The notes beneath the pieces are model-generated. The model saw only the letters and a list, made by a program, of their open reading frames with translations. It searched no databases and was not told where the DNA came from. A stretch of 64,000 nucleotides of DNA from an uncultured Acidobacteriota bacterium (GTDB lineage Bacteria; Acidobacteriota; Terriglobia; Acidiferrales; UBA7541): positions 6,312 to 70,311 of the forward strand of contig CAWCQH010000012.1 in the NCBI GenBank assembly GCA_963797585.1, given 5' to 3'. A program made the translations under genes and the position numbers. Shown one piece after another: positions 19,701-27,902 of this stretch (the first letter of the stretch is position 1; each line of letters starts with the position of its first letter).

Positions 19701-22700
19701 GGTGATTTGAGCTTTTCCCTGTGGGTGCAAACGGCCAACTCGACCCGTGATGAGGCGCTGCTCAGCAAATATACCGCCGCGGGATCAGGCTTTGGATACG
19801 TCCTGCGAACGACTCCCGCGGGCACGGTCGAACTGCAACTCGGAAACAGCAACGTCGTAGCGTCCACCATAAGCGTAGCGACTGACGTGACGAGAATCAA
19901 CGACGGCAATTGGCACCACGTTAGCGTGGTTATTAAATTGAGATCGAGTGTCACCTTTTATGTCGACGGCCAACTCAGCTCGACCTATCCGATGAATTCC
20001 GTGCCTGCGGTTGCGGTGACTTCTTTCGAGATGGGCATAACTTCCATCGCTTTGTCGGGAACATATTTTACGGGCAGCATGGATGAGGTGAGAATTTACA
20101 ACCGGGCATTATCCGCCGGCGATGTGGCTTCTCTCTTTCACAATGCGCCGAGCATTCTCCTGACGATAGCGAAAATGCACATTGGAAGTTTCGAGCAAGG
20201 GCAACAGAACGCCAGTTATTCAGTAACGGTGTCAAACGCTCCCAACGCAGGCCCAACAATCGGGCCAGTGACCGTAACCGAAACAGTCCCCCCAGGACTG
20301 GCGCTGGCGTCGATGATTGGTAGCGGATGGGTTTGTTCGGCAAACAGTTGCACGCGCAGCGATGCTCTGAATGGAGGGGCGAGCTACCCGGCTATCACGG
20401 TGACAGTCAATGTCGCGGCAAACGCGACGTCCCCACAGGTCAATCAAGCGACCGTTTCGGGCGGCGGATCGGCAACAGCAAGCGTGAATGATTCGACAGT
20501 AATAGTCCCGATCCCTCTGTTAACGATCTCGAAAACACATATTGGAAATTTCGAACAGGGCCAACAGAGCGCAGGCTACACGATAGCCATATCCAACGCT
20601 CCCAGCGCGGGCCCAACGATCGGGCCAGTAACGGTAGCCGAAACAATTCCTGTCGGGCTCACACTCGTGTCAATGACCGGTAGCGGATGGCTGTGTTCGG
20701 CAAACAGTTGCACTCGCAGCGACGCTCTGAATGGAGGGGCAAGCTACCCGGCCATCGCGGTGACAGTCAATGTCGCGGCAAACGCGACGTCCCCACAGGT
20801 CAATCAAGTGACGGTTTCGGGCGGCGGGTCGCCAACGGCAAGCGTGAATGATTCTACGGTGATAGTCCCCAGCCCTCTATTGACGATATCGAAGACGCAC
20901 ACGGGAAGTTTTCAACAGGCGCAACAGAAGGCTAGTTACGCAGTAACGGTATCCAACGCCCTCAGCGCGGGCCCAACAATCGGGCCAGTGACGGTAGCCG
21001 AAGCAATTCCTGTCGGGCTCACACTCGTGTCAATGACCGGTAACGGATGGCTGTGTTCGGCAAACAGTTGCACGCGCAGCGATGCTCTGAGTGGAGGGAC
21101 GAGCTATCCGGCCATCACGGTGACAGTCAATGTCGCGGCAAACGCGGCCTCCCCGCAGGTCAATCAGGTAACTGTTTCCGGCGGCGGGTCGGCAACGGCA
21201 AGCGTGAGCGATTCAACAGTGATAGTCCCCAGCCCTCTGTTGACGATCACGAAAACACACACGGGAAGTTTCCAACAGGCGCAACAGAACGCTAGTTACA
21301 CAGTAACCGTGTCCAACGCCCCCAGCGCGGGCCCAACGATCGGGCCAGTGACGGTAACCGAAGCAATTCCTGCCGGGCTAGCACTCGTGTCAATGACCGG
21401 TAGCGGATGGGTGTGTTCGGCAAACAGCTGCGCGCGCAGCGATGCTCTGAGTGGAGGGGCGAGCTACCCGGCCATCACGGTGACAGTCAATGTCGCGGCA
21501 AACGCGACCTCTCCGCAGGTCAATCAAGCGACCGTTTCGGGCGGCGGGTCGGCGACAGTGAGCGCGAATGACTCGACGACCATTACGGCGCCTGCCCTGA
21601 TTTCGATTGCCGTGACGCCGGGTAATCCTACGACTGAAATGGGAGGAACTCAGCAGTTTGCGGCCCTGGGGACCTACGCCGGTAGCACCACGCAGAATAT
21701 TACCTCCCAAGTTACATGGACCTCCTCGAACACATCGGTCGCGACTATTAACAGCAGCGGCCTGGCGGTCATTGTAGGACTGGGGACTACTGCCGTTTCC
21801 GCCATGCAGTATGGCGTGTCCGGAAACACGGCGCTCACTTCACAGGCACCGCCTTCCACGTGCCCTTGCATGATCTGGAGCAGTAATGCGATGCCCACTG
21901 TGGTCGATGCAGGGGCCGGGCCAGGCGTGGAGCTGGGGGTGAAGTTCACTTCGAGCAGCAGCGGTACGATCACGGGGATACGGTTTTATAAGAGCAGCGC
22001 GAACACAGGCACGCATATGGGGAATCTGTGGACGAGCGCGGGAACGCTGCTGGCAACAGCGACGTATAGCAACGAAACCGCGTCAGGGTGGCAGCAGGTG
22101 AACTTTTCCTCTGGTGTCGCGATCACGGCCAATACGGTGTATGTGGCCTCCTATTACACCAGTGTGAGCCACTTCAGCGCCGATCAGGGATTCTTTACGA
22201 CGGCAGGAGTGAGCAATCCGCCCCTGCAAGCCTTGGCGAATGCGTCTGGGGGCAATGGGTTGTACGTGTATGGCAGCGGCGGCATCTTTCCAAATAGTTC
22301 GTATAACTCGACAAACTACTGGGTGGACGTCGTATTTTCCACAACAGTAGTTTCCACATCGGTGCCCGATGTAGTGGGGTCTACGCAAGCCGCGGCGAGT
22401 GTGGCAATCACGGGCGCAGGGCTGGCGGTCGGCACAGTGACCACAGCCTCGAACCCAACGGTGCCGCCGGGTGAGGTGATCAGCGAGAATCCGAGTGCCG
22501 GGACTTCGGCAGTCTCGGGATCGGTGGTAAACCTGGTCGTCTCAACAGGTCAAGCGGGGAGTTGCCCATGCACGATCTGGAGCAGCAATGCGATTCCCTC
22601 AATGGTTGATGGGGGGCCGGATTCACCGGTGGAACTGGGTGTGAAGTTCACATCGAGCACTGGTGGGACGATCACGGGGATCAGGTTCTATAAGAGCAGC

Positions 22701-23549
22701 GCGAACACGGGAACGCATATGGGAAATCTGTGGTCGAGCACCGGGGCTTTGCTGGCGACAGCGACGTTTAGCAACGAAACGGCGTCAGGGTGGCAGCAGG
22801 TGAACTTTTCTCCCGCAGTGGCGATCAACGCCAATACGACGTATGTGGCGTCCTATCACACCGCCGTGGGGCACTACAGTGCCGACCAGGGGTTCTTTGC
22901 GGCAGGGGGCGTCGCTAATTCGCCGCTGCAAGCAATGTCGAATGGGGTAGCCGGGGGCAACGGAGTCTACGTATACGGTACCGGCGGCCTCTTCCCAGGC
23001 AATTCTTACAATTCCACAAACTACTGGGTCGATGTGGTTTTTACGCAGGCGGCCCCTCCGACGTGCCCGTGTACGATCTGGAGCAGTAATGCGATTCCCG
23101 CGACGGTTGATGGGGGGCCGGATTCACCGGTGGAACTGGGTGTGAAGTTCACATCGAGCACTGGTGGGACGATCACGGGGATCAGGTTCTATAAGAGCAG
23201 TGCGAACACGGGAACGCATATGGGAAATCTGTGGTCGAGCACCGGGACTTTGCTGGCGACAGCGACGTTTAGCAACGAAACGGCGTCAGGGTGGCAGCAG
23301 GTGAACTTTTCTCCCGCAGTGGCGATCAACGCCAATACGACGTATGTGGCGTCCTATCACACCGCCGTGGGGCACTACAGTGCCGACCAGGGGTTCTTTG
23401 CGGCAGGGGGCATAACTAATTCGCCTCTGCAAGCGCCGTCGAATGGAGCAGCCGGAGGCAATGGAGTCTATGCGTACGGCGGCGCCGGCAGCTTCCCAGG
23501 CAACACCTACAACTCCACGAGTTACTGGGTCGATGTAGTGTTTCAGTAG
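16731..23549 (+). CDS. giant (2272 aa) secreted mosaic repeat protein: N-terminal propeller-like domain, 4 DUF4082 units, chitobiase-C-like, Ig-like, LamG, 4 x DUF11-like repeats, Big_2, PASTA
   Basis: Signal peptide LLCLLVLGTLTGSVFAQS. DUF4082 cores (VELGVKFT..GIRFYKSSANTGTH.GNLW..GWQQVNF) start at about 17496, 21861, 22563 and 23064. IYYTLDGSTPTASSPVYSGPI is at about 19050. LamG (LVGYWSFDS...MDEVRIYNRALSAGDV) spans about 19500-20140. Big_2 spans about 21597-21830. PASTA (VPDVVGSTQAAASVAITGAGLAVGTV..GSVVNLVVSTG) spans 22362-22550. Confidence 0.85.
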   Translation: MPLFLLSSGSFETDRSFSFASRVALLRALLCLLVLGTLTGSVFAQSGGQVLYNGIVLPAQWPPSQTPTQSFQAPSYITNPPSVIPIDLGRQLFVDDFLIQQTTMTRTQHQAVMYPLNPIIAPGPSEYGGLLMPFSGGAWFDPSDQLFKMWLFCGAAPVAEVCYEYSTDGKNWIRPAIPDAFVPNTNQVIPSGLVVWMNLQNPDPNNPLQALANGVGGGNGVYAYGSTSGFPGNTYNYTNYWVDVVFAQGGAPPPSCPCTIWSGTSVPALADAGPDSPVELGVKFTANVNGTISGIRFYKSSANTGTHVGNLWTSTGTLLATAIFSNETASGWQQVNFPTPVAITANTTYVASYHTSVGHYSADQTFFAHKFTAFTVQPAPQVTPPILASFSTDGIHWLGTNQKQYPIPIVYDRTTLFWNPFRNVWVDSMKNYMTLPSTPTRPGYLSRFRNYAESPDLMNWTPAEPANFGTSFWTGPDVNDPPYAPGETTFPQLYNLDAVGYESVMVGLFSWFYPGGDESGGLPGPDLVELGVGFSRDGFQWVRPTRGSGPGPNGAFIPASNVPGTWNMGNTQSAGGCFLVVGDELWFYFSGRNDLHGSDNAVGSTGLATLRRDGFYSMNAGSNPAVLTTRPVQFSGKYLFVNVKDPQGSLQVQVLNSATGTVLATSQSLSVDKTLQQVTWNGLSDLSAFANQPVQFQFTLTSGELYSFWVSASTSGASNGYVAANGPGFTGPTDTLGVGSYPTAVATPEIYPVGGTISSSTSVTILTRTLGSTIYYTLDGSTPTASSPVYSGPITLASSVTVNAIAMAPGLQTSAMDSAAFIVSNTPPMVSITSPANGQFVSSAISLMASASDSVGIANVQFLVDGVSFGTVSTAPYTMSLQTTTLTNATHTITAIATDNVGNQATSAAVTVAVDNVTTGATAGLVGYWSFDSAYVSGTTLFDQSGNMNNATASSTTSAPGEIGQALSFNGSSSSAQVPSSLSTQAFDLVGDLSFSLWVQTANSTRDEALLSKYTAAGSGFGYVLRTTPAGTVELQLGNSNVVASTISVATDVTRINDGNWHHVSVVIKLRSSVTFYVDGQLSSTYPMNSVPAVAVTSFEMGITSIALSGTYFTGSMDEVRIYNRALSAGDVASLFHNAPSILLTIAKMHIGSFEQGQQNASYSVTVSNAPNAGPTIGPVTVTETVPPGLALASMIGSGWVCSANSCTRSDALNGGASYPAITVTVNVAANATSPQVNQATVSGGGSATASVNDSTVIVPIPLLTISKTHIGNFEQGQQSAGYTIAISNAPSAGPTIGPVTVAETIPVGLTLVSMTGSGWLCSANSCTRSDALNGGASYPAIAVTVNVAANATSPQVNQVTVSGGGSPTASVNDSTVIVPSPLLTISKTHTGSFQQAQQKASYAVTVSNALSAGPTIGPVTVAEAIPVGLTLVSMTGNGWLCSANSCTRSDALSGGTSYPAITVTVNVAANAASPQVNQVTVSGGGSATASVSDSTVIVPSPLLTITKTHTGSFQQAQQNASYTVTVSNAPSAGPTIGPVTVTEAIPAGLALVSMTGSGWVCSANSCARSDALSGGASYPAITVTVNVAANATSPQVNQATVSGGGSATVSANDSTTITAPALISIAVTPGNPTTEMGGTQQFAALGTYAGSTTQNITSQVTWTSSNTSVATINSSGLAVIVGLGTTAVSAMQYGVSGNTALTSQAPPSTCPCMIWSSNAMPTVVDAGAGPGVELGVKFTSSSSGTITGIRFYKSSANTGTHMGNLWTSAGTLLATATYSNETASGWQQVNFSSGVAITANTVYVASYYTSVSHFSADQGFFTTAGVSNPPLQALANASGGNGLYVYGSGGIFPNSSYNSTNYWVDVVFSTTVVSTSVPDVVGSTQAAASVAITGAGLAVGTVTTASNPTVPPGEVISENPSAGTSAVSGSVVNLVVSTGQAGSCPCTIWSSNAIPSMVDGGPDSPVELGVKFTSSTGGTITGIRFYKSSANTGTHMGNLWSSTGALLATATFSNETASGWQQVNFSPAVAINANTTYVASYHTAVGHYSADQGFFAAGGVANSPLQAMSNGVAGGNGVYVYGTGGLFPGNSYNSTNYWVDVVFTQAAPPTCPCTIWSSNAIPATVDGGPDSPVELGVKFTSSTGGTITGIRFYKSSANTGTHMGNLWSSTGTLLATATFSNETASGWQQVNFSPAVAINANTTYVASYHTAVGHYSADQGFFAAGGITNSPLQAPSNGAAGGNGVYAYGGAGSFPGNTYNSTSYWVDVVFQ
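20157..21596 (+). repeat. 4 tandem in-frame 360-bp (120-aa) DUF11-like repeats inside the giant CDS
   Basis: Unit starts at 20157, 20517, 20877 and 21237 (LLT[IA][AS]K[MT]H.G.F.Q.QQ...). Each unit carries SGW.CSANSC.RSDAL and TVTVNVAANA.SPQVNQ.TVSGGGS. Confidence 0.9.
22563..23546 (+). repeat. tandem 501-bp DUF4082 units (copies 3 and 4) with a near-identical 307-bp core
   Basis: 22604-22910 and 23105-23411 differ at only 2 positions by my alignment. The unit flanks are clearly more diverged. Confidence 0.9.
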
Positions 23550-23596
23550 TCAGCCGGTTGGCAGAGGGACTCTCCGCTGCAAGAAACTGACTACTG
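23544..23596 (+). terminator. possible stem-loop overlapping the stop codon of the giant CDS
   Basis: 10-bp inverted repeat: cagtagtcag (23544-23553) and ctgactactg (23587-23596), with a 33-nt loop, followed by cgaatttgtt. No clean U-tract, so this is weak. Confidence 0.25.
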
Positions 23597-23666
23597 CGAA
23601 TTTGTTGAAGCGCTCCCTTCCCATCTGGCACTATAAAATACAGGGCAGCCCACTGGAAATTGAGCC

Positions 23667-24581
23667 ATGACCAGGACCATGACCAGCACGACAGCCTCGA
23701 AGACAGACAGCTCAATTTCGGAACGCTGGATCGAAGCCGATCCGGCGCAATTCCACGAGAAGTTCAATCGCAAGAGCTTTGAAATCAAGCACTACCTGGC
23801 GACGCATCCTCTCTTTCAGCTTCCGAAGCTGCTGGAACTCGCCGACCGCACGCTGAAGACCCGTCCCAAAGAAATCTATTACGACGCGGGCGACATTAAG
23901 ATTGACCAGCGCTGGGATGCAGTGCCCGAAAGGCCCTTTTCCGTGGTCGAAGCGATGGAGCGCATCGAAACTTGCGGAGCCTGGTTTATTTTCCGCTCGG
24001 CTCAGAACGACCCGGAGTATCGCGTCCTGCTCGATCGCGGCTTGGCGGAAATCAAGGAGCATATCGGTCCGGGAATCGACTCGCAGATCTTGGTCGAGGA
24101 CATCATCATTTTCGTGACATCGCCCAAACGCGTGACCACGTACCATATCGACCGCGAATGCAATTTCCTGCTGCAAATCAAAGGCACGAAAACGATGTAC
24201 GTCTTCGACCGCGAGGATCGCGATGTGCTCCCGGAAGAAGAGATCGAGCGTTTCTGGACCATCGATAACAACGCGGCAGCCTACAAGCCGCATCTTCAGG
24301 ACCGGGCCATCGCCTACAAGATGGCGCCAGGAGTCGGCGTGCACCTTCCGGTGAACTCCCCGCACTGGCTCCAGAATGACGACAATGTCTCCGTTTCACT
24401 CAGCGTGAATTTCCAATTCAAGGATCCGCTGCGAGCGAACGCCTATCGCGCCAATTTTCTGCTTCGAAAACTCGGATTGAAGCCAACCCCTCCTGGGGTA
24501 TCTCCGGCTCTCGATGCCGTCAAATCGCAGGCGGTGAAGCCGATCGTCTGGGCCGCCAACACGTACAAGCGCCTCCGATAA
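23667..24581 (+). CDS. JmjC/cupin-type Fe(II)/2-oxoglutarate oxygenase-like protein
   Basis: 304 aa. TTYHIDRECNFLLQIKGTKTMYVF (H-x-D) and GVHLPVNSPHWLQN (distal His) form a cupin facial-triad pattern. Paralogue of 27903..28862. Confidence 0.6.
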   Translation: MTRTMTSTTASKTDSSISERWIEADPAQFHEKFNRKSFEIKHYLATHPLFQLPKLLELADRTLKTRPKEIYYDAGDIKIDQRWDAVPERPFSVVEAMERIETCGAWFIFRSAQNDPEYRVLLDRGLAEIKEHIGPGIDSQILVEDIIIFVTSPKRVTTYHIDRECNFLLQIKGTKTMYVFDREDRDVLPEEEIERFWTIDNNAAAYKPHLQDRAIAYKMAPGVGVHLPVNSPHWLQNDDNVSVSLSVNFQFKDPLRANAYRANFLLRKLGLKPTPPGVSPALDAVKSQAVKPIVWAANTYKRLR

Positions 24582-24602
24582 TCGCCTGGGAACCATGCCT
24601 CC

Positions 24603-27600
24603 ATGGTGATACTTCTCCTTATAGCATTCATCGGATGCTGGACCGGACTCTACTTCAGAAATCGAGACTTCCGTGCGAGCTCTATAGAGGCTGCGATTCT
24701 GTGGGCCGTTTGGCTGGCATTCGCAACGGAATCCCTGAGCAGCGTCTTCTGGATCTCCCGGCACGGCTTGGCCGCGGCATGGTTGCTTGCAACAGTCCTG
24801 GCATGGCTCGTGACGATCCGCCGGATGAAAATGCAATCCGCGGCTTTTGGTGATAGCCGCGGCCAGACAGTGGCTGTCAAACTTTCTGGTATCGAACGCA
24901 CCTCTATCGCGGCTATCGCCGTGATTCTTGCACTGACGGCGATCGTGGCCATTGCCGGAGCACCGAATTCGTGGGACTCCATGCAATACAACATGCCGCG
25001 CGCGATCATGTGGCTCGAAAATCACAGCGTCCGCATGTACCCTACGGTCGATTATCAGCAGCTTATGATGAGCCCGTGGGCCGACTATGCAATGATGCAC
25101 CTGATTGCGCTGCAAGGGAGCGATCGATTCGCCGATCTTGTATCCTGGTTCTCTTTTGCAGGAAGCATTATCGGGGTCTCTTTGATTGCGAGGGAACTCG
25201 GAGGCGGCCGGTCGGCACAGCTTCTCGCATCCCTCCTCTGCGCCACAATCCCGGGCGCGATTTTGTTCGCTTCCAGCAGTAAACCCGACGAAACGATCGG
25301 TTTCTGGGTCGTGGCCTGCGTATATTGCCTGATGCGATGGCGCTCTAACCCAAGTTGGGCGAATGCGTTGCTAGGCGCGGCGGCGATCGGGCTGGCGGTG
25401 ATGACCAAAGGAACCGCTTACGCGCTCCTGCCAGGAATTCTCGCCGCAGTGTTCTGGATGTGGCCCGGAGATCGCCGGAAAAGATTTCTTCCGTGGATTC
25501 CAGCTGTCGCCGCCGTCATTCTCATGCTGAACGGCCCACTCTACGTGCGTAATATGCGACTGAGCGATTCGCCTCTCGGCTTTGCTTCCCCCGACGGCGA
25601 TGCCGACACTCTCGGCCAACGGCACTTTGCCAATGGCACATTCAAGCCGCAAGACATTGCCGCAAATGTCCTGCGAAACGCCGCCCTGCACTTCGGAACA
25701 ACCGGACGGATCGACGCCCTGACGGAGAAGGCTTTCAGGGTAATGATTCGCGGCGTCGGCGCCGATCCCGACGATCCACGGATGATCGAGGGAGGGAATT
25801 CCGGGGAAACGATTCCATTCGGGCTCAACAGCCTGTCTCTAACCGAGACCCGTGCTGGAAATTTGCTCATTCTCTTTCTGTTTCTCGCGGCTCTCCCGCT
25901 GATTCCTCTTATGCGCTCACCTTCGCGACGGGATACCGCCATCTTTGCTGTCGGGTTGATTGGTGCGTTTGTCTTCTTCTGTGCAAGCCTCCGCTGGCAG
26001 CCCTGGAATGGACGGTTTCACCTGCCCTTGTTCACGTTGGCATGTGCTGTGGTTGCGGTAGTGCTGTCTGAGGTCTGCCCCCAATGGATCGTCGCGCTCG
26101 TGGCGACCATAGTCATTGCGGGGGCTGTTCCTTTTGTCCTCTTGAATTCTCCTCGGCCCCTTTTGCAAATCAAGGAGGCCCACAGAAGGGTACCTGTACC
26201 CAGTATCTTGAGGATGGGCAGAGACAAGATGTACTTCGCGGATCAACACCTCTATCTTGCTGATTCGTTTCTCGCCGCAGCGCGCTTCGTGCAGGCAACT
26301 GGGTGCCGCAACGTCGGCCTCGACGCCTCAGTTCAGCACTATGACTATCCGATGCTGGCTCTGCTAAAGGCGGGTGTGGGAGGCCCGAACGTTCATTACG
26401 TGGGCGTCCACAACCGGTCAACGGCCTTCCCGACAAGCGATGGTGATCCCTGCGCAATCGTGTGCCTCGGTTGCAGTCTGGTCCATCAGAAAGCGACGCA
26501 ATACGGCGGTCCCTCTATCTTCTCGACTTCTTTTGACAGAGTCGAAGTCTTTCTCCGCTCGGGACGAAGTGCCCGGCAGGAGACTGTGATTTCTCCCGAC
26601 TCAGGGCATTGTCGCTTGTTGCCTCCCAATCAGCTTCGAGAACTGCTGGGCTATCCAGTCACCTCCACGCCCAATGCGAATTCCTGCTTGTACCAGGGAC
26701 CGGCTGGGCATGTACTGGTCCGCGAACTGCCAGTTGGAACCGACGCCCCAAACTTCGACGACTTGGCAGGGGAGGGCATGGGCTCCCTACCGGGGGGAGG
26801 CGAGGGATATTCCACCGTGATCGTTTTCGATGGCGGTTGGGGTGACCGGCCCGTCCTGATGTACGTAAGTAAGAATGACCGCCTTTTCGGAATAAATCTC
26901 GATCTCACGCAGGGGTCCCCCAGAAACGAGGATTTTCTGCGGCTGGCCAATGAACTGCGCAACGCCCAGTCTGCGTTCCGAGAATACTGCGCTACACTGA
27001 TCGCCGAGGCGTTCTTGACTCTCCGAAAAGCTTCCGTCGAAGTTCTAGCTTCGGAACCTTGCCGCACTCGTTCTGGCGGGAATTGCCGGCGTTCCCGGTG
27101 GCAGGCGCGCCTTGAACGCCCTCAGTGGCCCCCATGGCTGGTATGCGACGTTCGAAGAAGGATGGAAGGCCGCGCGAACGGCAAACCGGTCGGCCACGAA
27201 GATCCAGGTGAAATTGAAGTGCATCTCCGCCATTCGGAATCGCTTCGGCCAAGCGACTATGCGGCTTTGTACTGGATTTCGAATATCCAACCGCGGAATT
27301 CGAGAATTTTTGATTTTGGCGGCAATGTGGGGAATGTCTACTACAGCTACTCGCCGCGCTTGCTGAATCCGGGGGACATCGAGTGGACCGTCTTCGACAT
27401 ACCGTTCATGTTGGAAAACGGACGCCGGATTGCCGCGGAGCGAAAAGCTAACTCTCTGCGGTTCGTGGATTCGCCTGGCGCGTTTGAGAGCGATCAAATC
27501 CTGCTGGTTTCAGGAGCATTTCACTACTGGGAAAAAGACATACCCGCATTCCTACAGCAGTTCAATAACCCGCCCAAGCATATCCTGATCAATCGAAGTC

Positions 27601-27866
27601 CCGTTCACGAAACGCAACCTTCCTTCATCAGTGCTCAGCAGACCGAGTCCTGCGCTTTCCCCTGTAAGGTATGGAATTTGGACGAACTGATATCGTCGTT
27701 CGCGGCAGGGGGATACAAACTCATTGATCGGTGGCGGGCTGTCGAATTGTCGCTGAAATTGCCGCTGTTCCCGAAGATGTCAGTCCCCTTCTACTCCGGG
27801 TTCTATTTCTCGATGGAGAAAAGTGCCCAATCCTTCCCATTGCCCGCTGTTGCCAACGAGCGCTAG
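24603..27866 (+). CDS. GT-C-like (ArnT/PMT_2-like) polytopic membrane protein read through into a TIGR04325-like SAM methyltransferase (possibly two genes joined by indels)
   Basis: The N-terminal ~530 aa hold more than 10 hydrophobic helices, with NSWDSMQYNMPRA in the first loop. The C-terminal ~210 aa (IFDFGGNVGNVYYSY...LLVSGAFHYWEKDIPAFL...ILINRSP) resemble the LIC12133/TIGR04325 methyltransferase family. See the finding at 26990-27260. Confidence 0.5.
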   Translation: MVILLLIAFIGCWTGLYFRNRDFRASSIEAAILWAVWLAFATESLSSVFWISRHGLAAAWLLATVLAWLVTIRRMKMQSAAFGDSRGQTVAVKLSGIERTSIAAIAVILALTAIVAIAGAPNSWDSMQYNMPRAIMWLENHSVRMYPTVDYQQLMMSPWADYAMMHLIALQGSDRFADLVSWFSFAGSIIGVSLIARELGGGRSAQLLASLLCATIPGAILFASSSKPDETIGFWVVACVYCLMRWRSNPSWANALLGAAAIGLAVMTKGTAYALLPGILAAVFWMWPGDRRKRFLPWIPAVAAVILMLNGPLYVRNMRLSDSPLGFASPDGDADTLGQRHFANGTFKPQDIAANVLRNAALHFGTTGRIDALTEKAFRVMIRGVGADPDDPRMIEGGNSGETIPFGLNSLSLTETRAGNLLILFLFLAALPLIPLMRSPSRRDTAIFAVGLIGAFVFFCASLRWQPWNGRFHLPLFTLACAVVAVVLSEVCPQWIVALVATIVIAGAVPFVLLNSPRPLLQIKEAHRRVPVPSILRMGRDKMYFADQHLYLADSFLAAARFVQATGCRNVGLDASVQHYDYPMLALLKAGVGGPNVHYVGVHNRSTAFPTSDGDPCAIVCLGCSLVHQKATQYGGPSIFSTSFDRVEVFLRSGRSARQETVISPDSGHCRLLPPNQLRELLGYPVTSTPNANSCLYQGPAGHVLVRELPVGTDAPNFDDLAGEGMGSLPGGGEGYSTVIVFDGGWGDRPVLMYVSKNDRLFGINLDLTQGSPRNEDFLRLANELRNAQSAFREYCATLIAEAFLTLRKASVEVLASEPCRTRSGGNCRRSRWQARLERPQWPPWLVCDVRRRMEGRANGKPVGHEDPGEIEVHLRHSESLRPSDYAALYWISNIQPRNSRIFDFGGNVGNVYYSYSPRLLNPGDIEWTVFDIPFMLENGRRIAAERKANSLRFVDSPGAFESDQILLVSGAFHYWEKDIPAFLQQFNNPPKHILINRSPVHETQPSFISAQQTESCAFPCKVWNLDELISSFAAGGYKLIDRWRAVELSLKLPLFPKMSVPFYSGFYFSMEKSAQSFPLPAVANER

Positions 27867-27902
27867 CGAACACGCACACCCTCTCCATGCAATCGCTAGA
27901 GG

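Noticed and set aside
20157-21596. Regular 360-bp periodicity as a CRISPR-like or satellite array
   Set aside because: The repeats are in-frame protein modules inside a continuous ORF. There is no short repeat/unique spacer alternation and there are no cas genes in the window.
23620-23645. TGGCAC element upstream of the first cupin gene as a sigma-54 promoter
   Set aside because: The -12 element is missing: tggcac tataa aatac instead of TGGCAC-N5-TTGC. A similar near-match at about 16690 (tggcgtgttgtgctgc) has the wrong GG-GC spacing.
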